Shown: positions 55,801-63,691, counted from the stretch's first letter. The stretch: DNA of 64,000 bases from Thermodesulfovibrionales bacterium (GCA_031082155.1 JAVHLL010000006.1:952-64951); one strand, 5' to 3'. Notes: a model not told the origin generated them from the sequence alone. Program-made: numbers and translations.

Positions 55801-56264
55801 TCAAGCGCGATGACCAAGGGAAATTTTGGTGGGAATTAAGGTCATGTGCTTATTACAAAGAATTCGAGCAGCCGAAGATTGTTTATCCCAATATTACAAA
55901 AACAAACATCTTTTCTTTCGATACAACCGGCATCCTGACCAATCAGAAATGTTTTATTATCCCCACCGATGACCTCTGTCTTTTGGCAATTCTCAATTCC
56001 AGTCTTGGGATGCAATGGTTCGTTTCAACACTTCCCTTGCTGAGGGGCAGCTTTTTTGAACCGAGTGCCATTTTTATGCAACATTTTCCTATTGCCTCCG
56101 CCTCCGACAAGCAGAAAGCCCCCATTATCGAGCGCGTTCAGACCATCCTTGCCAATCCCGACAGCCCGGATGTCCCTCGCCTCGAAGCGGAGATAAATAA
56201 ATTGGTCAACGATCTTTACAACCTCACGCTGGAGGAGATTGCGATTGTGGAGGGGAAAAGATAA
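52875..56264 (+). CDS. Eco57I/PglX-like N6-adenine DNA methyltransferase (type IIG/IIL-like, 1129 aa)
   Basis: Motif I ICDPAIGSGAFP and motif IV VLANPPYIRHE. The C-terminal half is target-recognition-like. I could not recognise a nuclease motif in the N-terminal ~380 aa. Confidence 0.85.
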   Translation: MDRQEAVRLIEETFNKPFDEWQFRYFVKNLLNEIDESKSLEIHGAYIKNAFSDCIRQYKRIGTFTDSEGLKLDVLIVNLKRGISVERARTTQRNFVAHHLKQRDNKDAALVAFYSDGSEDWRFSFVHMDYRTIQTESGKVKVEEELTPARRYSFLVGENEPNHTARQQLVPILEDDRNNPTLADIEHAFNIESVTKEFFNRYKDLFLKVKEELDTVVVVDQKIKTEFESKQIDTANFAKKLLGQIVFLYFIQKKGWLGVGKDRTWGTGPRNFLRRLFEKEIVSYDNFFNDILEPLFYEALAIDRGEISFYSRFNCKIPFLNGGLFEPINGYNWEETDILLKNETVREILDTFDLYNFTVREDEPLEREVAVDPEMLGKVFENLLEVKDRKSKGTYYTPREIVHYMCQESLINYLDTTINTQEETVIPQKPVQKSLIGEDKPEQASLTVQTHKVVIPREDIEAFIRRGDFAINNDLAKEQGTKSYTYKMPESIRNNARLFDDKLTDIKICDPAIGSGAFPVGMMHEIVRARETLTTYINEGRSRTAYNFKRHAIQESIYGVDIDPGAVDIAKLRLWLSLVVDEDDFKTIKPLPNLDYKIVCGDSLSSVNTLFHHIELKKLERLKAKYFEETRPREKTHIKEEIDNLISEITNNDKHFDFKVYFSEVFHKNGGFDIVLANPPYIRHETIRELKPELKKEFGDFFCGTADIYTYFYKKGIELLKPYGHLCFIAPNKFMRAGYGKNTRKLLATQVTPKVIIDFCDLPIFDATTYPSIILVEKTPFVGAALCGRPDLINQQPPKEGQPHRVAPTKTEFLAATFTDAAQLERLEETLSNIGFPIPISSLREEGWNLERPEILALMEKLRKAGTPLDEYVQGRFYRGILTGLNEAFVIDEVTRKNLISEDPKSEELIKSWLRGRDIKKWKAEWAGLYLINIPSSANHHWQWSDEKTEGKAKKIFSRTYPAIHKHLSQWEDRLVKRDDQGKFWWELRSCAYYKEFEQPKIVYPNITKTNIFSFDTTGILTNQKCFIIPTDDLCLLAILNSSLGMQWFVSTLPLLRGSFFEPSAIFMQHFPIASASDKQKAPIIERVQTILANPDSPDVPRLEAEINKLVNDLYNLTLEEIAIVEGKR
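55218..55301 (+). repeat. in-frame palindromic element (28 codons) inside the methyltransferase gene
   Basis: The outer pair gtagggg (55218-24) / cccctac (55294-300) encloses two hairpins: gggcggcc/ggccgccc (55222-29/55236-43) and gggcaacc/ggttgccc (55275-82/55289-96). It translates as VGAALCGRPDLINQQPPKEGQPHRVAPT. Confidence 0.6.
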
Positions 56265-56327
56265 GCTGTAATGCTGTTATATTAACAACAGGTCTTTGAG
56301 GAAATGTAATTGCTGGAGGTTTAATAA

Positions 56328-57278
56328 ATGACAACTAATAGATGGACTGGATGGGCTGGATATGTTCAGGGAACTAATCGCGGGAAAGCCTTTGTTCACA
56401 TCAAAATATCAAATGCGACTTTAATCGGTGATTTTGTCTTTAAAGATATTGCATATGGAACAGCGGCTGCCAAAATTAAGGGGAGACTCAACAATAGCCA
56501 AATTACAGCCGACCTCTTTGATTTTGTTTTTGCCAAGCCTCTGCCGTTAGAGCCACAGGCAGGTCAAATATCGATGACCATCTCAGAAGATGGTAGTGAA
56601 CTCTCTGGAGCATGGGCTACGGATATTGGAACTCATGGTCAATGTCATCTTTTTAAAATTAACTTTTTTAGGGCATTACCTATATTTTCACCGCTTTTAT
56701 ATCGAACATTTCTTTTTATAAAACGTGGGCTTATTGCAAATTTAAAGTACCTTTATTTAGTTTTCTCGCTTCTTGTGATGATTACTTCAGCAACAGGTGT
56801 TTTAAAAGAGAAAATTGGCCTAACAGAGACTATTATATTAATAATTCCATTGATATTTCTTTTTCAAAATGAGATCAGGAATTTTTTCATTATTACGGGC
56901 TTAAAAAAAATAGGGCCCGTTGAATTTCAAGAACAAACAGCTACCCCCGTTGGAATAAATCAAGAAGTTATAAGTAGACTTGTTCAGGAATATGCACAAC
57001 TATTCCCTTTTTTCGTTTACTTAAATCAATTTTTTGTACCACGTACAAAGGCGCTTTTACGTATACTCGCAGCTGCACCTTCAATCACACGAGGAACTTT
57101 CAATCAATATGCGCGTGTTTTAGGAATCGAAGAAAGTAATATTCAGGTAACCTATGACGTTCTTGAGTTAAATCAGTGCTTGCAAGTAGACCCAAATGGG
57201 CTTATTAGTGTTACTGAAATTGGGCAGAGGTTTCTCGAATTTGAAAGTCGCTTCAATCAACTTTTTCCTTCAAGATGA
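56328..57278 (+). CDS. hypothetical membrane protein
   Basis: 316 aa with a GGAGG RBS. A soluble N-terminal ~110 aa, three to four TM helices (about residues 115-190), and a C-terminal ~120-aa soluble domain. No family recognised. The sequence is AT-rich. Confidence 0.5.
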   Translation: MTTNRWTGWAGYVQGTNRGKAFVHIKISNATLIGDFVFKDIAYGTAAAKIKGRLNNSQITADLFDFVFAKPLPLEPQAGQISMTISEDGSELSGAWATDIGTHGQCHLFKINFFRALPIFSPLLYRTFLFIKRGLIANLKYLYLVFSLLVMITSATGVLKEKIGLTETIILIIPLIFLFQNEIRNFFIITGLKKIGPVEFQEQTATPVGINQEVISRLVQEYAQLFPFFVYLNQFFVPRTKALLRILAAAPSITRGTFNQYARVLGIEESNIQVTYDVLELNQCLQVDPNGLISVTEIGQRFLEFESRFNQLFPSR

Positions 57279-57306
57279 ACGAAAGAGAAACCCAAACCTG
57301 GAAAGA

Positions 57307-57392
57307 GGACAGGTACATTTTCTGAAGGGGGAAAGAGTGATAGAAACGACGAAAATGGAACTCGATCAAATCGGGGTCTAGCTTGAAATACA
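57307..57392 (+). pseudogene. duplicated 5' region and first codons of tcmP (decayed copy)
   Basis: ggacaggtAcattttct...ATGgaactcgatcaaatcggggtcTAG (MELDQIGV*) compares with ggacaggtGcattttct...ATGaaacttgatcaaataggcttctgg (MKLDQIGFW...) at 58573-58660. Confidence 0.55.
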
Positions 57393-57473
57393 AATGATTC
57401 GCGAGAGGCGCTTCCGCGCGCTGGCGAAGATTGAAAAAGATACCATCTTAAATTTATTCAAGAGGCGACATCA

Positions 57474-58559
57474 ATGAGGGAAGCTTTTGACTTACGGGTA
57501 AGAAAGGATCGAGAAGCTCTGGCAAAATTTCTTCCAACTATAGACAACTATACTTTCACTATTTCACGAAGAGATTTTATTGAGGCGCTGTCTTCCCTAT
57601 CATTATTCTTAAGAGAGCCTGAATGGTTGATATACCAGTATGGAACTCTTGGACCTATACCCGCAGGGAAGTCAAAGTTGGTTTTTTCGATCTCCCGTGC
57701 TTGCGAGTTGGGTATATGGCTTAGAGATTTATCCAGATTTAGAGATTTTGATAAACTTACAGCCGGTTTTTCGAATCCTACGCAATTCGAAGACAGTTGT
57801 TTTGAGACAAAAGTCGCTCACTGGTTTTCAACCCTGCCAGCTATCAGAGATATTATGTTCTCTCCTTCTTATCTGGTGAACGGGAAAATAAAAAATCCAG
57901 ATTTCGATGTGAATGGTATTTGCGGAAGTTTAACTGTTGAATGTAAACGACCACATCATTATGTTCAGCAGGCATTTCAGAAGTTTAATAATGCTGTCGC
58001 AGAATTCCAAGCTGCGATGAAGAAAAGACAATGGCCTGATCATTTGCGTTTGGAAATCGAGATGATTGGCAATATTAGAGAATCGCTGCAAACACTAACT
58101 CAAAATACAATTGACATAGCTCTAAAAACCTCTAAGAAATGGATAAAACGATTCTCTTATAAAGATACTGTTCGTGGTTTTGTTGTAAAGCGTAACTCGT
58201 TGTTCCGCCTTACCAATGTGAAAGTCCACACAGATATAATGATAATCGGAGATAAAGCCACGGGATTACTTAACCCAGAATTCACATTACTGCGGGTTGG
58301 TACGAATCGATTAGACGCTCTGCAGAGGAAATCTATTGGTTCACGAATAGCTGATGCACTTCACCAACTTCCTAAGGATCGTAATTGCATTATTTTTGTT
58401 GGAGGAGTCCCATATCGTATAACTGAACCGGCTTGTAAGGATAGGCTGTCAGATAAGGCATATTCACACGTCAGAGCATTTGGCGCATGGGACGATGAGT
58501 TAAAGTTTGTATATAGGAGACGTGACAGAGCGTTCATACGCTCTCTTTTTGGAATATAA
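57474..58559 (+). CDS. hypothetical protein with a PD-(D/E)xK nuclease-like motif
   Basis: 361 aa. KNPDFDVNGICGSLTVECKRP fits PD...(D/E)xK. No family recognised. Confidence 0.45.
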   Translation: MREAFDLRVRKDREALAKFLPTIDNYTFTISRRDFIEALSSLSLFLREPEWLIYQYGTLGPIPAGKSKLVFSISRACELGIWLRDLSRFRDFDKLTAGFSNPTQFEDSCFETKVAHWFSTLPAIRDIMFSPSYLVNGKIKNPDFDVNGICGSLTVECKRPHHYVQQAFQKFNNAVAEFQAAMKKRQWPDHLRLEIEMIGNIRESLQTLTQNTIDIALKTSKKWIKRFSYKDTVRGFVVKRNSLFRLTNVKVHTDIMIIGDKATGLLNPEFTLLRVGTNRLDALQRKSIGSRIADALHQLPKDRNCIIFVGGVPYRITEPACKDRLSDKAYSHVRAFGAWDDELKFVYRRRDRAFIRSLFGI

Positions 58560-58630
58560 TGCAGAAAAAAGTGGACAGGTGCATTTTCTCTATGCAATGA
58601 GTAAAGGGAATAGATTGTTAGAGGGATGAG

Positions 58631-59455
58631 ATGAAACTTGATCAAATAGGCTTCTGGTCTGAAATAAAGCTTGAGATAATCAAGAAATACGCTGGCGCAT
58701 ATACGAGCATTATGAAAAATCAGTCATGGTGCAAGGGGTATGTATACATTGATGCATTTGCTGGAGCCGGCAAGCACATCAGTAGGCAAACTGGGGAAAT
58801 GGTTCCTGGATCGCCGTTAAATGCCCTTGAGGTTAAGCCTCCTTTTACAGAATATTTTTTCATCGATCTTGCCGAAGAAAGAGCAGATGTTTTTATTGAA
58901 CTTGCCAGGGAGAATCCTAATATCCATTCTTACCATGGTGACTGCAACGAAGTCCTTATTAACGATATCTTTCCCAATCTTGGATGGGACACGTTTAAAA
59001 GAGCATTATGTATTCTTGATCCGTATGGGTTACATCTTAAATGGGAAACAATAAAGAAAGCTGCTGAGTTAAAGACAGTAGATATCTTTATCAACTTTCC
59101 AATAATGGATATCAATCGGAATGTACTATTTGATGATTTCGCTAAAGCTGCACCTGAAAATATTGCAAGAATGAACGCTTTTTGGGGTGATGCAAGCTGG
59201 AAGGAATTGTTGTATAAAGAACAGGATACCCTTTTTGGTGATAAACAACACATTAAGCTTGAAGGATATCCTACTCTTGCAAAAGAGTTCGGGGAAAGAG
59301 TTAAAAATATAGGTTTCAAGAGTGTGCCGGAGCCGATCCTGATGAGAAATGTAAAGAACGGTCCTCTTTATTATCTGTATTTTGCATCTCAAAAGGATGT
59401 TGCTAAGGACATCAGCAAAGATATTTTTAATAGATATAAAAAAGGCCAAAAATGA
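58631..59455 (+). CDS. tcmP: three-Cys-motif partner protein TcmP-like (methyltransferase-fold candidate)
   Basis: 274 aa. FWSEIKLEIIKKY...YVYIDAFAGAGKH...GSPLNAL...ILDPYG matches my recollection of the TcmP family (TIGR04474). Confidence 0.7.
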   Translation: MKLDQIGFWSEIKLEIIKKYAGAYTSIMKNQSWCKGYVYIDAFAGAGKHISRQTGEMVPGSPLNALEVKPPFTEYFFIDLAEERADVFIELARENPNIHSYHGDCNEVLINDIFPNLGWDTFKRALCILDPYGLHLKWETIKKAAELKTVDIFINFPIMDINRNVLFDDFAKAAPENIARMNAFWGDASWKELLYKEQDTLFGDKQHIKLEGYPTLAKEFGERVKNIGFKSVPEPILMRNVKNGPLYYLYFASQKDVAKDISKDIFNRYKKGQK

Positions 59456-60603
59456 AAAAGACTAATCTCTATAACGATAATCATCCAATGTTAGATATGA
59501 AGACCGGGGAGCAGGTGATTAAATATGGTCAAGAACCCAAGCCACAACCTCTTGTCTCCGAACTTTGGGCAATTCGGGGACATTGTGATGAGTTAAGAGC
59601 CCAGAAAATATCCAAAAGAGCAAATTTGCCTCTTCAGTGGTTCGACAAAATACCATCTCTGAACAGAACAAAAGGGATAGAGAAGCTCAGGGCTGAACGA
59701 GGGGTGCTTTTATTAAGAAACCGGACAAGTGCTTTTATAGATCAGTTCCAACATCCTATCGGCAGATGTTCCAAATTCTACAAGTTAACTGCTTACAACA
59801 ACTGTAATTTCTGGTGTGAGTATTGTTATCTGTACCTAACATTTAGAAATATGCCCATATCCACGCATTTCGTAAATTATGACAAGATGTTCCGCGAAAT
59901 AATCAGCTTTGACAAAGCGAATATTCCAGACATGCTAAGAGTTTTGAATCTCGGTGAACTTTGCGACCCCTTGGCAGTTGAAGATATAACAGGGTTTGCT
60001 GAAGAACTCATCCCATTTGCTGCACAGGAAACTTACAAGACAAAGCTGCTCTTCCTTACAAAAAGTGACAATGTAGATTCTTTATTGAATATAGAACATG
60101 GGGGTCGGTCGATAATGTCTTTCAGTATCAATACTGATAAGGTTTACCAGCAACTTGAACATAGAACCGCTTCTCCAGAGGCAAGATTAATAGCAGCGAA
60201 GAAACTGCAGCAAGCCGGGTATGAGATACGCTTGAGGATAGATCCTGTTATCCTTTATTCAACATGGAAAAAAGATTATATCGATCTTGTTGAAAAAATA
60301 TTTGTATTTGTTAAACCCGAACGGATTACCATAGGAGAATATCGTCCCTCAAAAGGCCTTGCTTCACACATCAGCTCTCGCTTTCCTTATTCTCCTCTCC
60401 TCAAGATTAATTCCGGATTAGTTAACGATGGACCAAAACTAAGATATCCTGAAGAACACCGCCTGGCAATGTTCAGAGTTATTGTCGATGCGATAAAGAA
60501 ACATGACAAGAAAATTAAAATCGCCCTCTGCAAAGAGGATGTCAAAATTTGGAAAAACCTTGACATGCAAATTAATGGATTACAATGTAACTGTCTCGGT
60601 TAG
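59452..60603 (+). CDS. radical SAM protein (SplB/DNA-photolyase-like, COG1533-type)
   Basis: 383 aa. AYNNCNFWCEYCYLY carries CxxxCxxC. The ATG overlaps the tcmP stop (ATGA), so the two are translationally coupled. Confidence 0.75.
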   Translation: MKKTNLYNDNHPMLDMKTGEQVIKYGQEPKPQPLVSELWAIRGHCDELRAQKISKRANLPLQWFDKIPSLNRTKGIEKLRAERGVLLLRNRTSAFIDQFQHPIGRCSKFYKLTAYNNCNFWCEYCYLYLTFRNMPISTHFVNYDKMFREIISFDKANIPDMLRVLNLGELCDPLAVEDITGFAEELIPFAAQETYKTKLLFLTKSDNVDSLLNIEHGGRSIMSFSINTDKVYQQLEHRTASPEARLIAAKKLQQAGYEIRLRIDPVILYSTWKKDYIDLVEKIFVFVKPERITIGEYRPSKGLASHISSRFPYSPLLKINSGLVNDGPKLRYPEEHRLAMFRVIVDAIKKHDKKIKIALCKEDVKIWKNLDMQINGLQCNCLG

Positions 60604-61118
60604 TTTGACTGTAAGTCATCATGTTTTCTCGCTTGCCTGACCTCTATACTTAGAGAATAAAAAAAGGAGAAAGTGGGCTACCCCTTTCCTCAGAACACGA
60701 TTTTTGCTCTGCACAATCGATGAAGCTTCTTTGGTAACCTCTCTAAGATTAAGAAATCATCTTTGCGAAAAAGGAACTGTCCCCTGTTGTTGTGCAACCC
60801 ATAGTTAGAGTATTCGACGCAGGAGATATTGGACTTCTCCAGAGAGGTACCGTCTCTCAGCTAATATCATCGAGAATATAACGCTGTGAGGCGAATAGCT
60901 ACCCATCGGATCGTCAAAATATCTAGTGACATAAAATTCACCTTATCAGACAGTATTAAGTCAGGACCAAAAAACTAATAATTACAGCAAGTTAGTTCAT
61001 GCCCGTTTTTCAGGGTGGGATATGGACACGTGTATGGGGATGCGCACAGGGTGCGGCATGGTCTGCATCTGAACAATTAATTCAAAGACAGGTCTGAAGC
61101 GGAGTCGGAACAAGCTTG

Positions 61119-62204
61119 TCACAACTCCCCATTTTTCCATTTTTTCCACTCGCCTATTGCGCCGAACGAAACAGCAGATTGACCTGTTATCCCGGTTTTT
61201 TGAATATACACCTGGTGCCATTTTTCTTTTTCACTTTCGGGAAGAGCGTTGAATTCCAACTCCAGCCTTTCGTCAATTTCTCGGATCTGTTCAGATTTCA
61301 TTCTGGCGACGAAACGTCTTTCCTCTTCCCTGTGTTTAACCTCAATGAGCTGGCCTGGAGTAGGACACTCGGGTGGATGCAGGATACCAGCACGTATCAT
61401 CCCCTCGATGACATTTCTCCATGTTTTATCGACAACATACCCATTCTGCACCTGCCAATGAAGAACCCAAAGCGCATGATATATTTTGCCCCTGGACAAC
61501 TTGGGATGTGCGAGCACAACGCTCTCGGCTACCGAGAGGGCGCTAATGGGTAAAAATTCTGCGACTTTGTCTTGTGTGTATTCTCTTTCTTCTTCATTAT
61601 CAATAACTACTACATTCGGCTGCTGTCCCGTAGTAGTTCTTTGCGTATTCTCTGAGGTATTCTTTGTATTAGAATTGAGGTCAAGTTCTTTCATTTCTGC
61701 ATCTGTCGGTTGATGCTCTCCAGAAGATGCAGTTTTATTATCTACAGTAGATGAAGAATAATTATCTGCTGCTGAATCGGTTAGGCCATCTATAATACCC
61801 TGTACAACGGTCTGATTCCTTCGGTACCATGTAAGGCCTGTTCGTTTGTCGATATAGCTCAGATAAGGCTTTTCCATAAATGGATTTCCTGCCAGTGATG
61901 CTTCTATAAAAGCAGTCTTGGATTTGTATCTGATCCCTATTTCGTCAAATGCGTTTCTGAATTCAGAAGAACTAAAGCTTAAAACCTCGGTGAAGGAATC
62001 ACCTTCACGGTAGTCCTTATGGTCCGGACAGGGTTCCATGAATTTGTAGAATGGTTCGCCTTCCTTGATACTAAACAGATACTCAAGCTGTTGAAACAGT
62101 ATTGAACCGGAAATCGACTTTGCGATCTTTCGCAGTGCCGGATAATATGGTATGCACCGTGAAGTCAGAGCAAGAACATTTTTTTTGTATTCCCCCATAG
62201 GCAC
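61119..62204 (-). CDS. hypothetical protein (possible replication/DNA-binding protein of the element)
   Basis: 361-aa ORF with a low-complexity acidic/polar middle. Its position is upstream of the sigma-like gene in the regulatory module. The functional guess is weak. Confidence 0.4.
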   Translation of the reverse strand: MPMGEYKKNVLALTSRCIPYYPALRKIAKSISGSILFQQLEYLFSIKEGEPFYKFMEPCPDHKDYREGDSFTEVLSFSSSEFRNAFDEIGIRYKSKTAFIEASLAGNPFMEKPYLSYIDKRTGLTWYRRNQTVVQGIIDGLTDSAADNYSSSTVDNKTASSGEHQPTDAEMKELDLNSNTKNTSENTQRTTTGQQPNVVVIDNEEEREYTQDKVAEFLPISALSVAESVVLAHPKLSRGKIYHALWVLHWQVQNGYVVDKTWRNVIEGMIRAGILHPPECPTPGQLIEVKHREEERRFVARMKSEQIREIDERLELEFNALPESEKEKWHQVYIQKTGITGQSAVSFGAIGEWKKWKNGEL

Positions 62205-62206
62205 CT

Positions 62207-62797
62207 CTACACTGCTTCGAGAGAACGGCCCGAAATCAGTTGACGCATGATTTTGGGTGCGCGTTTCTCTAATGCATAGACTTTGCTCAAAGGCATTCCG
62301 AGCGTAATGGATGTTTCCTGGAGCGTATAACCCTGCAGCCGCAGGCTCAGAACAGCCTGCATTGGCGGAGTGAGCAGACTTAACGCCTTATTGATATGCA
62401 TTTTTTCAACGATTGCTTCTTCGGTGTTCTTATTGGACTGAGGAAGTTCGCCCCCCGTCTCTACCATTTCTTCCAGGCTCTCTGTTTTGTGACTCAGAAA
62501 AAGATCTCTGAATGCCTGCCTCAGGCTGAGTACGAGTATCGCACACGCATGTCTTTCGTTGACGATAGATACATGAGATACCAAAAAACGGCTGATGCCC
62601 TCATGTGCGACTTCCTCCCAATCGTAGTCACAGTACTTTGTTTTTGCAATCAGCAGTAGCCATGGATATTTCCTTTCAACAACTGCTCCTCTCTCCTCCA
62701 ACGTGTTATAATCGTGGCGAGGGGGAGCGCCAAGTGCGTTTACCTGACCTATACGGCACCTCCTTTTGAAGAGGTGGTGCTGTCCTATCAGTTCCAC
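62207..62797 (-). CDS. sigma-70-like / LuxR-type HTH protein
   Basis: The C-terminus LSLLTPPMQAVLSLRLQGYTLQETSITLGMPLSKVYALEKRA resembles sigma region 4. Confidence 0.5.
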   Translation of the reverse strand: MELIGQHHLFKRRCRIGQVNALGAPPRHDYNTLEERGAVVERKYPWLLLIAKTKYCDYDWEEVAHEGISRFLVSHVSIVNERHACAILVLSLRQAFRDLFLSHKTESLEEMVETGGELPQSNKNTEEAIVEKMHINKALSLLTPPMQAVLSLRLQGYTLQETSITLGMPLSKVYALEKRAPKIMRQLISGRSLEAV

Positions 62798-62885
62798 CTC
62801 TTATTTTAAATTAGTTAGCGTTAACCAATAACATTGTTAGTAATATACACTAGCCTTTAATTTATATCAAGGTTTGTTTTATTTG

Positions 62886-62914
62886 TTGACAATGTTAGTA
62901 GTTTCCGTTATAAT
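62886..62914 (+). promoter_or_regulatory. consensus sigma-70 promoter (TTGACA-17 nt-TATAAT) giving a probable leaderless mRNA
   Basis: TTGACA at 62886-91 and TATAAT at 62909-14. The ATG at 62921 lies 6 nt after the -10 box with no SD. The ATGTTAGTA repeat sits in the spacer. Confidence 0.6.
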
Positions 62915-62920
62915 TTTTGT

Positions 62921-63691
62921 ATGAAGAAAAAGAATGAATCTAAAACTGAGTTGGGTGCTCTTTTTGCGGTGGTTAGAAAAGGGAAGGGAATAACTCAGAA
63001 TGATATTGCAGAAGCAGTCGGCCTGGCACGTTCCGCCATCGCACAGTTTGAGCGGGGCCATGCATCTCTCAGTAATGACACTCTTATAAAAATTGCCCCT
63101 CTCCTGAACATAAATCCGGATTATATTGCTATCAAAGAGGTGAATCCATTCAAGAGTGGCAGCAATGACCTCATTAAGCTATATCTGCCCGAAAACACCA
63201 TGACCTTGGCTCTCGACTATTCACTGATATATTTTCTTGCTGCAACTGAGGCAAACAGATCCCTGGACTTCTTGTTTCTCTCTCCCGACGTTAGGGCTGC
63301 CACTATCGTTAACCCGTTTGAAGCAGTCATCTATGCTATGGCCGCGCGCGATTCGGCAAATAACATTTTTCTATTCAGACGAAAATCACACATGGCCTGG
63401 GGAAGTGTCACAGGAGAAAAAGAGTTGCAGACAAGAATTACTCAACTGTCCGAAGAAAAGGGGAAAAAGATCTCCTTCAAAATAAAAAAGATTGATAGCC
63501 GTCTCTACGAAATAATACGCGAGTGGACTGCCGTTCGAAGAGATATAGAACCTTTATTTGAATCCGCTGAGATACCTTTGATGAGTTCGTTGACAGATGC
63601 GGAAAAGAAACTCATTGCTGAAATGAGGACAAAAAAGATTTCTCCATCAAAAGTAATTCGCAGCCTTGATGAGTTTGACAAGAAGCATTAA
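62921..63691 (+). CDS. XRE-family HTH repressor-like protein (cI-like)
   Basis: The N-terminus LFAVVRKGKGITQNDIAEAVGLARSAIAQFERG is an HTH motif. The C-terminal domain of about 180 aa is of unknown family. Confidence 0.7.
   Translation: MKKKNESKTELGALFAVVRKGKGITQNDIAEAVGLARSAIAQFERGHASLSNDTLIKIAPLLNINPDYIAIKEVNPFKSGSNDLIKLYLPENTMTLALDYSLIYFLAATEANRSLDFLFLSPDVRAATIVNPFEAVIYAMAARDSANNIFLFRRKSHMAWGSVTGEKELQTRITQLSEEKGKKISFKIKKIDSRLYEIIREWTAVRRDIEPLFESAEIPLMSSLTDAEKKLIAEMRTKKISPSKVIRSLDEFDKKH

Noticed and set aside
48465-56264. Assigning the helicase/ATPase/methylase trio to BREX or to class 1 DISARM.
   Set aside because: PglZ, BrxA, BrxB, BrxC and BrxL are absent, as are DrmA and DrmB (DUF1998). 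Only partial component overlap exists, so no named system is claimed.
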